From an uncultured Rickettsiales bacterium (lineage in GTDB: Bacteria > Pseudomonadota > Alphaproteobacteria > Micavibrionales > GCA-2720935), in the NCBI GenBank assembly GCA_950054255.1, contig CATLOR010000002.1, positions 264,325 through 328,324 on the forward strand: 64,000 bases of DNA, read 5' to 3'. The notes under the pieces are model-generated. The model had not been told where the DNA came from and ran no database searches. It was given only the letters and a program-made list of their open reading frames with translations. Below, one piece after another: positions 9,794 through 18,834 of the stretch. Every line of letters begins with the position of its first letter. Position 1 is the first letter of the stretch. Made by a program: the position numbers and the translations under genes.

Positions 9794-11191
9794 TTATTTC
9801 TTATCTGTTTTCTTCTTCGTTGCTGCTTTTTTCTTAGCTGGTGCTTTTTTTGTTGAACCAGATGGATTAGATGGTTCTTTCCCCTCATCAGGATCCATTG
9901 TTAGCTCATCTAAAGAAACCGTCTTTTCTTTAATCTCAGCTTTTTCAAAAATGAAATCAACAACCTTTTCTTCAAAGATCGGCGCTTTTAAGCTTTCCAT
10001 TGCTTGTTGATTATTTTGGTAATATTCAAAAACCTGTCTTTCATATCCTTGGTATTTACGTGCCTCTGCAATAAGAGCTTGATTTAAATCTTCACGGCTT
10101 ACAGAAATTTTTTCCTGAGTTCCAATTTCAGATAAAACAAGACCTAAACGAACACGACGCTCTGCAATGGCTTCATACTCTTTTTTAGCAGCATCATCCA
10201 ACTCTGTTGAATCGCCTTGTGCTTGCTTTTCTTGCTCAACTTGTTGCAAGATTGATTCATATTCTGCTTTTGCTAGGCTTTCAGGGATTTCAAAACTATA
10301 CGCTTCTGCCAATGTGTCTAACAATTCTCTTTTCAAACGACTACGTGAATATGTGTCATATTCACCTTGAATTTGTTCTTCAACACGTTCTTTTAGTTCT
10401 GCAAGATCTTTTAAGCCAAGCTTCGTTGCAAACTCGTCATCAATCTTTGCTTCTGCTTGCTCTTTAATCTCATGGATAACAACTTCAAAGACAGCATCTT
10501 TACCTGCTAGATCAGGCGATGCATATGGATCTGGGAATGTTACATTCACTGAAACCTCGTCCCCAGCCTTTTTACCAATTAGCTGATCTTCAAACCCAGG
10601 AATGAATTGACCAGAACCTAACTCAAGCTCGTGCCCCTCACCTTTCATGCCAGGCTTTTTCTCACCATCGACAGAACCGTCAAAATCAATTAAAGCAATA
10701 TCGCCTTTTTTCAAAGCACGCTTTGTTGTTACTGTTTTTGTTGATTTATTACTACTTGCAATACGCTCGATCGCTTCGTTAATCGCTTTATCATCTACTT
10801 TAGTAACAAGTTTTTCCAACTTGATTTTATCAACAGGCTTAACGTCAATCGCAGGGATCATTTCAAAACTAACTGTATATTCAAGATCTTTACCAGGTTC
10901 AAACTTTTTAATATCAATATTAGGTTGCATAGCTGGCTTTAATTTATGATCTGCAAGCGCTTTCGTTGTTGTGTCATTGACAGCTTCTTGCAAAACCTCA
11001 TTTAATACAGCATCACCATGGCGTTGTTTAACAACTTGAACGGGAACTTTTCCTGGACGGAAGCCCGCAACTTTGATTGTTTTTGCAATCTCGTGCAGTT
11101 TTGCTTCTTCTTTAGATGCCATTTCAGAGGCAGGCACCTTAATTGTAAGTTCTCTTTGTAAACCTTCTTCTTTAGTCACTTTAACGTTCAT
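9794..11191 (-). CDS. tig: Trigger factor with Lys/Ala-rich C-terminal tail
   Basis: GFRPGKVP ribosome-binding motif, FKBP domain (LGSGQFIPGFEDQLIG); canonical tRNA-Leu-tig-clpP order. Confidence 0.97.
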   Translation of the reverse strand: MNVKVTKEEGLQRELTIKVPASEMASKEEAKLHEIAKTIKVAGFRPGKVPVQVVKQRHGDAVLNEVLQEAVNDTTTKALADHKLKPAMQPNIDIKKFEPGKDLEYTVSFEMIPAIDVKPVDKIKLEKLVTKVDDKAINEAIERIASSNKSTKTVTTKRALKKGDIALIDFDGSVDGEKKPGMKGEGHELELGSGQFIPGFEDQLIGKKAGDEVSVNVTFPDPYASPDLAGKDAVFEVVIHEIKEQAEAKIDDEFATKLGLKDLAELKERVEEQIQGEYDTYSRSRLKRELLDTLAEAYSFEIPESLAKAEYESILQQVEQEKQAQGDSTELDDAAKKEYEAIAERRVRLGLVLSEIGTQEKISVSREDLNQALIAEARKYQGYERQVFEYYQNNQQAMESLKAPIFEEKVVDFIFEKAEIKEKTVSLDELTMDPDEGKEPSNPSGSTKKAPAKKKAATKKKTDKK

Positions 11192-11261
11192 AATCTTGCT
11201 AAGCCTTATTTTATTTGTATTTTTTGATGATCATTCATCTTTTTACTCATTTGATTAAAAA

Positions 11262-11347
<86 letters not shown>

Positions 11348-11501
11348 GTATCCATTTTTAACATCTCTATATAACTTAAAAAGTCATATAACATAAAAGA
11401 CGATGTATAAGATTTAATACCACTTTTCAAGCAAAAACAAACAACAGAGCGTAAGTTTTTTTTAAAAAAGCAATATAGACTTCCTTATACCATTGAAAGA
11501 A

Positions 11502-11577
11502 TGGGGCGACTGACGGGATTCGAACCCGCGACAGCTCGGACCACAACCGAGGGCTCTACCACTGAGCTACAGCCGCC
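11502..11577 (-). tRNA. tRNA-His (GTG) with encoded G-1 opposite C73
   Basis: GGCGGCTGTAGCTCAGTGGTAGAGCCCTCGGTTGTGGTCCGAGCTGTCGCGGGTTCGAATCCCGTCAGTCGCCCCA; anticodon GTG. Confidence 0.95.
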
Positions 11578-11720
11578 ACAAGAAAGCTGGATCATCAATA
11601 ATAGATCTAGAAAATAAAATCAACCATAAATATTTCTATTTGATTTTTATTTTTTTTATGACTAAGGTTTGACCGCAATCATATTGCAATGCAACAAACA
11701 TTCTCGGAGGCAGATTATAA

Positions 11721-13130
11721 ATGACAAGTTCAAAAGATATTTTTAAACTTATTAAAGAAAATAGCATTAAACATATAGATTTTCGTTTCACTGATCCGCG
11801 TGGAAAACTACAACATACAGCACAATATGTTACATCTCTTGATGAAGACATGCTTAATGACGGTGTGATGTTTGATGGTTCTTCGATTGCTGGATGGCAA
11901 GAAATTCATCAATCAGACATGATCTTAAAGCCTGATTTATCTACAGCGACAATTGATCCTTTTGCTGTGCAGCCAACACTTAATATCTTTTGTGACATTT
12001 ACGATCCGGAAACAGGAAAACCTTACACAAGGGATCCTCGTTCTATCGCAAAAGCTGCAATTTCCTATTTAAAAGAAACTAAAATAGCTGACCAAGCTTA
12101 TTTCGGGCCAGAAGCCGAGTTTTTTATTTTTGATGATGTTAAATTCAGCACATCAATGAATAAAGTTTCGTATGAAATCGACTCTGAAGAAGGTCCATAC
12201 AATAGTGACAAGACTGTTGAGGGTGGTAATATGGGGCACCATCCACGTGTTAAAGGTGGTTACTTCCCAGTACAACCTATTGACCGCCTTTCAGAACTTC
12301 GCGCAGAAATGGTCGAAGTCATGGCATCAATTGGTATCGAAATGGAAAAACACCACCATGAAGTTGCTCCTTCACAATGTGAACTTGGTATGAAATTTGA
12401 CACCTTAATTGGAAGCGCTGATAACATTCAACATTACAAATATGTTGTTCACAATGTTGCACATCTTTACGGCAAAACAGCAACCTTTATGCCAAAACCA
12501 GTATATGGTGACAATGGTTCGGGGATGCACGTACACCAATCATTGTGGCAAGGAAGCAAGCCTTTATTTGCCGGCTCGGATTACGCGGGTCTTTCTGAAA
12601 TGGCTCTTCATTACATTGGCGGTATTATTAAACACGCAAAAGCGATCAATGCATTCACTAACGCCTCAACAAACAGCTATAAGCGTTTGGTACCAGGCTA
12701 TGAAGCCCCTGTTCTTCTGGCTTATTCAGCAAGAAACAGATCAGCATCTTGTCGTATCCCTTATGGAAGTGGTGAAAAAGCAAAACGTGTTGAAATTCGT
12801 TTCCCAGACGCATCTTCTAATCCTTACTTTGCATTCTCGGCAATGCTTATGGCTGGACTTGATGGTATTAAAAATAAAATTCACCCTGGTGATGCTATGG
12901 ATGAAAATTTATATGACCTCCCTAAAGAGCGTTTAGACAAGATCCCTACTGTTGCAGGTAGTTTAAGAGAAGCGTTAACAGCACTTAAAGAAGATCATGA
13001 CTTCTTAACAGCTGGCGGTGTCTTCACTAAAGATGCTATTGAAGGGTATATCGCTCTCAAAATGGAAGAGGTTGAGCGTTACGAAACGATGCCTCACCCA
13101 ATTGAATTTGACTTATATTACTCCGTATAA
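11721..13130 (+). CDS. glnA: Glutamine synthetase type I
   Basis: MFDGSSIAGW, HHHEVA, MPKPVYGDNGSGMHVHQS, RNRSASCRIP and the NLYDLP adenylylation motif. Confidence 0.98.
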   Translation: MTSSKDIFKLIKENSIKHIDFRFTDPRGKLQHTAQYVTSLDEDMLNDGVMFDGSSIAGWQEIHQSDMILKPDLSTATIDPFAVQPTLNIFCDIYDPETGKPYTRDPRSIAKAAISYLKETKIADQAYFGPEAEFFIFDDVKFSTSMNKVSYEIDSEEGPYNSDKTVEGGNMGHHPRVKGGYFPVQPIDRLSELRAEMVEVMASIGIEMEKHHHEVAPSQCELGMKFDTLIGSADNIQHYKYVVHNVAHLYGKTATFMPKPVYGDNGSGMHVHQSLWQGSKPLFAGSDYAGLSEMALHYIGGIIKHAKAINAFTNASTNSYKRLVPGYEAPVLLAYSARNRSASCRIPYGSGEKAKRVEIRFPDASSNPYFAFSAMLMAGLDGIKNKIHPGDAMDENLYDLPKERLDKIPTVAGSLREALTALKEDHDFLTAGGVFTKDAIEGYIALKMEEVERYETMPHPIEFDLYYSV

Positions 13131-13137
13131 TCTTAAT

Positions 13138-13172
13138 AAAAAAAAGCGCCGATCAGATTGGCGCTTTTTTTT
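13138..13172. terminator. Bidirectional intrinsic terminator between glnA and the convergent gene
   Basis: A-run, GCGCC, 9-nt loop, GGCGC, T-run: a symmetric hairpin. Confidence 0.85.
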
Positions 13173-14316
13173 ATTTTAATAAATTCAATATTTTAATAAA
13201 AACAGCTCTATTCCTAGACCACTCTTCATAAGACGCATCACGCGTTGGCGTCAGCATTGTAAAAAAGAAATAATAATCATTGCTTTCAAAAAAACTAAAC
13301 CAAAACTCCTGCTCGATCCCTTCTTCTGATGGACTGTATGTGTCATAAACCTCTACAGCACCGCCAGCGAATTTCTGAGGTAAAACAACCTGGATTTGTT
13401 TTTTAAGCTCATCGATTTTTACCCCCTTATCTTCAAGTTTACCTGTGATACGTTGCATATGAGATGACAAATCAAGATTAGGTACCTTTTCTAAAGCCTC
13501 CATCCCTATACGTCCTAAGATAATGCTATCCTGTTCAAGACGTAAGAGATCAACTTTCAAATGATCTAATTTTTTCAACTCTGGATTTTTAATAACCCAA
13601 GAAGATGGATAATCAAATGTCAAAACATCCAATAAAGAAAAGCGTCGTGTCTTTTCAATAGAGCCTCCTGTTGGGTTAAGGAGTTTAAACGAGTCCATAA
13701 CATGTTTTTGATGATCCGCTCTTTGCGAAAAATATTCAATCGGCAGTGCGTATCGAACAAAATACAATAAATTTCCGTCAATAATTACACGTGCACGAAC
13801 AGCAAATGTTATATTCCCCTCAAATGCAGAATATAAAGCCTCAACCTCATAATTAGATTTAACTGAAATAGCATTCACACTATAACCATTAATTAAAATC
13901 TGATTACGTAGCCAATCTTCAGCAAAAGATTCGTATCTTAAAACAGTTGCTTGCACACTTAAAAAGGCTCTCTTATCCCCATAAGGTGGACTAACATAGC
14001 GCCCTAAATCTGTTAAAAAATTTGGATTAAATCGCCCAACATCTTGTTGATTAGAAAAACTACTCGACCAAGTCTTTGGTAATAATACGCGATAATTTAA
14101 ATAAGGTCGGTCTTCATCCACTTGAGTAAACTCTTGAGACTCTTCTATAAATGCCTCAATGGACATAGATGACCCATCGGGTAAACTTTTTAGATTTGTT
14201 AAATCATATTGAGGCTGTTGGTTTTGCGGAACTGGTTGTTGTGCATGAGCCTCTACACTCACTACACACAAAAGCATACCAACAACAAAAAACATACCTA
14301 ATGAGAAAAAACGCAT
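13171..14316 (-). CDS. Exported hypothetical protein with two probable PsbP/DcrB-like domains
   Basis: ATG 14316 has AAGGAAG upstream (ORF track gives 14409). Signal peptide ends AHA-Q. The repeated starts YRVLLPKTW and LTFDYPSSW resemble the PsbP/Mog1 x-P-x-x-W motif; this fold call is by eye. Confidence 0.55.
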   Translation of the reverse strand: MRFFSLGMFFVVGMLLCVVSVEAHAQQPVPQNQQPQYDLTNLKSLPDGSSMSIEAFIEESQEFTQVDEDRPYLNYRVLLPKTWSSSFSNQQDVGRFNPNFLTDLGRYVSPPYGDKRAFLSVQATVLRYESFAEDWLRNQILINGYSVNAISVKSNYEVEALYSAFEGNITFAVRARVIIDGNLLYFVRYALPIEYFSQRADHQKHVMDSFKLLNPTGGSIEKTRRFSLLDVLTFDYPSSWVIKNPELKKLDHLKVDLLRLEQDSIILGRIGMEALEKVPNLDLSSHMQRITGKLEDKGVKIDELKKQIQVVLPQKFAGGAVEVYDTYSPSEEGIEQEFWFSFFESNDYYFFFTMLTPTRDASYEEWSRNRAVFIKILNLLK

Positions 14317-14350
14317 CTTCACTTCCTTATTTGCTTTATTGTAACGCAGA

Positions 14351-14731
14351 TTAGTTATCAATTGGTTTAGGCTTACGATTTTTATCAATTGATACATAGG
14401 TAAAAACACCTTCTGTTACTTTAATTTCTTCACATGGATTTTGTCGCTCAACCCATGTTTCTATATGCACCGCCATAGATGTCGTGCCTTTTTTGATCAT
14501 TTTCGCATAACAGCTCACACGATCACCAATAAAAACAGGTTTATGAAACTCCATGGCATCAACAGCGATTGTAACAACACGTCCTTGGCATATGTCTTGT
14601 GCTATGACAGCTCCGGCCAAATCCATCTGTGATAAAAGCCATCCCCCAAAGATATCACCACTAGGATTTGAGTCAGCGGGCATTGCAATTGTCTTTAAAG
14701 CAGGTACATCGGCTATTTTTTTATGATTCAT
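14351..14731 (-). CDS. Acyl-CoA thioesterase (YciA-like hotdog fold)
   Basis: MPADSNPSGDIFGGWLLSQMDLAG and FHKPVFIGD motifs. Confidence 0.92.
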   Translation of the reverse strand: MNHKKIADVPALKTIAMPADSNPSGDIFGGWLLSQMDLAGAVIAQDICQGRVVTIAVDAMEFHKPVFIGDRVSCYAKMIKKGTTSMAVHIETWVERQNPCEEIKVTEGVFTYVSIDKNRKPKPIDN

Positions 14732-14827
14732 TACTGGATTTATCCTTTATTTATCGCTACAACTAATAACATTCTATACAGTATAAATTAGATTCTCTGG
14801 TGAGACTCAAGATATAAGAGCGTAAAA

Positions 14828-16837
14828 ATGAGTGATTTATTTAATAAAAAAGAAGAAGCTGAGCAAAATACATATTCCGCAAAGGATATCGAAGTTCTAG
14901 AAGGTTTAGAGCCTGTTAGAAAACGCCCTGGTATGTATATTGGTGGTACAGACGAAAATGCTCTGCACCACTTAGTAAGTGAAATCTTTGATAACTCAAT
15001 GGATGAAGCGGTAGCAGGTCATGCAACGCGCATCGAAATCACTTTAGAAGAAAATGGCTGGATTACAATTTCTGACAATGGGCGCGGTATTCCTGTTGAT
15101 CAACACCCTAAATACCCTGGAAAATCAGCGCTAGAAGTTATTTTAACAACACTCCATTCTGGTGGTAAGTTTTCTAACAAGGCGTATGCCACATCTGGGG
15201 GATTGCATGGTGTTGGTATTTCTGTTGTAAACGCCCTTTCGAGCTCTATGTATATTGAAGTAGCGCGCGATAAGACCCTTTACAGACAAGATTACGCCAG
15301 AGGGATTGCTCAAGGCAATCTTGAAAATTTAGGAGCAGTCAGCAATAGACGCGGTACAACAGTTTCCTTTTTACCAGACACAGAAATCTTTGGGTCAAAT
15401 GTTCGCTTTCGCCCTCGCCGTCTATATAAAATGGCACGTTCTAAAGCCTATTTATTTAAAGGTGTTGAAATCCGTTGGAGATGCCACGAAACACTTATTG
15501 AGAACGCAGAAAACTCAACCCCTACAGAAGATGTATTTAAGTTTCCAAATGGGTTATTGGATTTTCTTAATGCAGCACTTGAAGATCGACGCACATTAAC
15601 AGCAACACCTTTTAATGGTCAGGTTACGTTTCCTGACAATCAAGGGCGTGCAGAATTTGCTCTTGCTTGGCCAACGGATGAACAAGGGTTTAGTCATTCT
15701 TATTGTAATACAATCCCAACACCACAAGGTGGTACACATGAAAGTGGGCTACGAAGCGCTCTTTTAAAAGCTGTAAAATCATTTGGTGAGATGGCAGGCA
15801 ACAAAAAAGCCAGCTCAATTACAGCTGACGATCTCTTGCAATCTTCATGTATTTTGCTTTCTGTCTTTATTCCCGAACCTCAATTCCAAGGTCAAACAAA
15901 AGATAAATTAACAAATTCTCATGTGACACGCCTTATTGATAATGCGGTTAGGGATCACCTTGATCATTGGCTTACAAGTGACCCAGCTTCAGCAACAAAG
16001 CTTTTAGAATTCGCTATCGAAAAAGCAGAAACACGTTTAAGACGTCGCCAGAAAGATGATATGAAGCGCAAAAGCGCTACGAAGCGCTTGCGCCTTCCTG
16101 GTAAGCTAGCTGATTGCTCAAACAATAATACAGAAGACACTGAGATCTTTATTGTTGAGGGGGATTCAGCGGGCGGTTCTGCAAAGCAAGCACGCAACAG
16201 AAAAACACAAGCTATTCTTCCCTTACGCGGTAAAGTTTTAAATGTTATCAGTGCAACTAACGACAAAATTATCGCTAACCAAGAAATTTCAAATATTGCT
16301 CAAGCTTTAGGCGTTGGCTTAGGGAAAAACTTTGACCTAAATGATTTGCGTTATGAGCGCGTTATTATTATGACAGATGCGGATGTTGATGGAGCACACA
16401 TTGCAGCGCTCCTTGTTTCATTCTTTTTTGATAAAATGCCTGGTCTTATTGAGTCAGGTCGCCTATTCCTTGCGCTTCCCCCTCTCTACAGGATTTCAGG
16501 CGCGGGTATTTCTGAATATGCACGTGATGACCTTCACAAAGAGGAACTTCTAGAAGCTCAGTTTAAGAACAGAAAAGTTGAAATATCTCGTTTCAAAGGT
16601 CTTGGTGAAATGATGCCCGCTCAACTTAAAGAAACAACCATGGATCCAGAAAAGCGTAATCTTATGCGCATCACAATTGTAGATCCAGACAATGACATAG
16701 ACCCTGATGGTAGCAACTTACAAAAAGCGATGAAAAAAACAGAGAGCCTGATAGACCAACTCCTTGGTAAAAAGCCAGAGCTACGCTTTCAGTTCATCCA
16801 AGAGAATGCTAGCTTTGCTCAAAATCTTGATATATAA
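14828..16837 (+). CDS. parE: DNA topoisomerase IV subunit B
   Basis: GLEPVRKRPGMYIG, SGGLHGVG, VEGDSAGG, MTDADVDG and RFKGLGEM. The 669-aa length lacks the proteobacterial GyrB insertion, and the C-terminus ends NLDI. Confidence 0.93.
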   Translation: MSDLFNKKEEAEQNTYSAKDIEVLEGLEPVRKRPGMYIGGTDENALHHLVSEIFDNSMDEAVAGHATRIEITLEENGWITISDNGRGIPVDQHPKYPGKSALEVILTTLHSGGKFSNKAYATSGGLHGVGISVVNALSSSMYIEVARDKTLYRQDYARGIAQGNLENLGAVSNRRGTTVSFLPDTEIFGSNVRFRPRRLYKMARSKAYLFKGVEIRWRCHETLIENAENSTPTEDVFKFPNGLLDFLNAALEDRRTLTATPFNGQVTFPDNQGRAEFALAWPTDEQGFSHSYCNTIPTPQGGTHESGLRSALLKAVKSFGEMAGNKKASSITADDLLQSSCILLSVFIPEPQFQGQTKDKLTNSHVTRLIDNAVRDHLDHWLTSDPASATKLLEFAIEKAETRLRRRQKDDMKRKSATKRLRLPGKLADCSNNNTEDTEIFIVEGDSAGGSAKQARNRKTQAILPLRGKVLNVISATNDKIIANQEISNIAQALGVGLGKNFDLNDLRYERVIIMTDADVDGAHIAALLVSFFFDKMPGLIESGRLFLALPPLYRISGAGISEYARDDLHKEELLEAQFKNRKVEISRFKGLGEMMPAQLKETTMDPEKRNLMRITIVDPDNDIDPDGSNLQKAMKKTESLIDQLLGKKPELRFQFIQENASFAQNLDI

Positions 16838-16966
16838 ATTTACTTGCAATATTTTATAAAAAAGACTATTATTAGACATAATTAATAATATATTTATATA
16901 TTCACTGTTAAAATTGGAAAAATTTACAGCACACTATATAAAGAATTTAAGAAAGTTGGTTTAAAG

Positions 16967-18013
16967 ATGGCAACAAAGAAAAATGCATTTAGATCCTTAT
17001 TCATGGGCGCAGCTGTTAGCGTAGCAGCTCTTATGGCAGGCGCTTATAGTCCAGATGCAGAAGCAAGATGTAATATTGACCCCCGTTGTGCGCAAAACCA
17101 ACAAGGAGCCACACCCACCCCAAACATTAGTGGATCTCAATCGTATTCTCAAGGATCTCAAGTAACAAGTTCAGCTTCAGCCCTTCATGGTGCAAGACAA
17201 CAAGCTGTTTTAGATATGCAACGCGTTGCTATTTCTGGCAGTGCCAATTCACCTTTAAACCCTCTTGTTCACCGCCTGATGCAAATTAGACAAATCAGCC
17301 AAGGATTTTCTATTTTCAGGCCTATTACTGGTGATAGAATAGGTACATATGGCGGATTTAATGATGATAAAATTGTCGATGCTATTGTTGGCTTAAATGG
17401 TGTCAACCGCGTCGTTTCACAATTTTCAAGAGCCGCTTATTACCAAAGACGTGATAACGCTCAAGCCTTTAACAGTTGGCTTCAAAGAGCACAGGCCGAT
17501 ATTAGAAACGCTAATATTCAAACACATCCAAATATTTTACGCTATCGCGACAATTTACAAGCCTCAAGGCGGATTAAGTCTGGACGCATTATTGGACACC
17601 CTATTGCTTCCACACAAGTTGGAATTTTAGAACTAAGAACACCTAGAGGTGGTAGCCCTGTCGTCTATGTAACACCAGAGGGCGTTATCTATGGAGAATC
17701 TGCTCAACGCAATTTAGATACCCAGCTTGCTAGTCAATACAGAAATCAAGCACAATACGTTGCTAATGTTGCTCAACAGTATCGTAGACGAAGTGGTGCC
17801 CATTTCTTTGGTGCTTTAGCAAATGTATTTGGTCTTGGTGGCGTTGTCGATTCATTAGGTATATCAGGAAGCAATTCCGGCAACTTAAGACGCACAGATC
17901 CAAACCCACCTGTCTATAATAATAGAAATGGACAAAGCCGTAGCGGACAACAAAGCCAGCAAGAGATTGATAAAGTACTTAGAATTCTTGAAAGAATGAA
18001 AAGCAAGCCTTAA
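16967..18013 (+). CDS. Exported hypothetical protein, Gln/Arg/Asn-rich
   Basis: 348-aa ORF with a signal peptide ending AEA; no family motif recognised. Confidence 0.8.
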   Translation: MATKKNAFRSLFMGAAVSVAALMAGAYSPDAEARCNIDPRCAQNQQGATPTPNISGSQSYSQGSQVTSSASALHGARQQAVLDMQRVAISGSANSPLNPLVHRLMQIRQISQGFSIFRPITGDRIGTYGGFNDDKIVDAIVGLNGVNRVVSQFSRAAYYQRRDNAQAFNSWLQRAQADIRNANIQTHPNILRYRDNLQASRRIKSGRIIGHPIASTQVGILELRTPRGGSPVVYVTPEGVIYGESAQRNLDTQLASQYRNQAQYVANVAQQYRRRSGAHFFGALANVFGLGGVVDSLGISGSNSGNLRRTDPNPPVYNNRNGQSRSGQQSQQEIDKVLRILERMKSKP

Positions 18014-18733
18014 TCACTCACTTTCTAAGAAGCCCTTTAAAACGCTATTGAATTTTTCTGGATATTCAAGAGGCGCTAAATGGCCACAATCGTCAAATAT
18101 TTCTAATGTCGAATGAGGGATATATTTCCCCATTTCAATAGAATGATCCGCAGGTGTTATTTGATCTTCGTCCCCTCCAACAATAAGTGTTGGAATGTTT
18201 ATTTTTGATAAAGATGGGACACTGTCTGACCGTGATAAAATCGCTTCTTGTTGATTTAAAAAGGCTTCTTTACCAACTCTCTCTGCCATATCCATGATCG
18301 GCTGTGTGAATTGTGAGTGCTTTAGTCGGCTTTCATGTATCAATAAGGGTAACAGCTTTGGTGTGACCCCTTTAAATTTTTTAGCACCACGCACCATGGC
18401 AATCAACCCTTGTCGACGTCGTCTTGTTTGCTTTGTATCTAAACGCGCAGAGCTATTTGTAATCACAAGCTTTTCAACGCGCTCAGGCGCTTGACGCATA
18501 ATTTCTAACGCAACATATCCCCCCATGGAAAGCCCGACCATAGCAAATACTTCCGGGGCGTTTAATAATACATCGCGCGCGAGATCTTCTATATGCGAGG
18601 ATTGAGTAACATCAGCAATAAAGATCGTGTAATCATCTGACAATTTTTCTACCTGATGATGCCATAAATAAGAGTCACAGAGTAGCCCAGGTATTAAAAC
18701 GATATTTTTCTTTTTAGACATAGATTTAAACAC
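18014..18733 (-). CDS. Alpha/beta fold hydrolase
   Basis: GLSMGG nucleophile elbow, GGDEDQ (Asp) and CGHLAP (His). Confidence 0.92.
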   Translation of the reverse strand: MFKSMSKKKNIVLIPGLLCDSYLWHHQVEKLSDDYTIFIADVTQSSHIEDLARDVLLNAPEVFAMVGLSMGGYVALEIMRQAPERVEKLVITNSSARLDTKQTRRRRQGLIAMVRGAKKFKGVTPKLLPLLIHESRLKHSQFTQPIMDMAERVGKEAFLNQQEAILSRSDSVPSLSKINIPTLIVGGDEDQITPADHSIEMGKYIPHSTLEIFDDCGHLAPLEYPEKFNSVLKGFLESE

Positions 18734-18741
18734 ATTTCAGT

Positions 18742-18769
18742 TTGACAAATAGATAGAAAAATTTATGTT
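18742..18769 (+). promoter_or_regulatory. Candidate sigma70 promoter
   Basis: TTGACA (18742-18747), 16 nt, TATGTT (18764-18769), upstream of ORF 18835. Confidence 0.45.
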
Positions 18770-18834
18770 AGTTACAAACAGATTTATAGCAGTTAATTGC
18801 AAAATAACAAGCACAGGATTGGATTTCTCTTATC

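Noticed and set aside
14828-16837. Calling this gene gyrB
   Set aside because: It lacks the ~170-aa proteobacterial GyrB insertion, and its length and C-terminus fit ParE.
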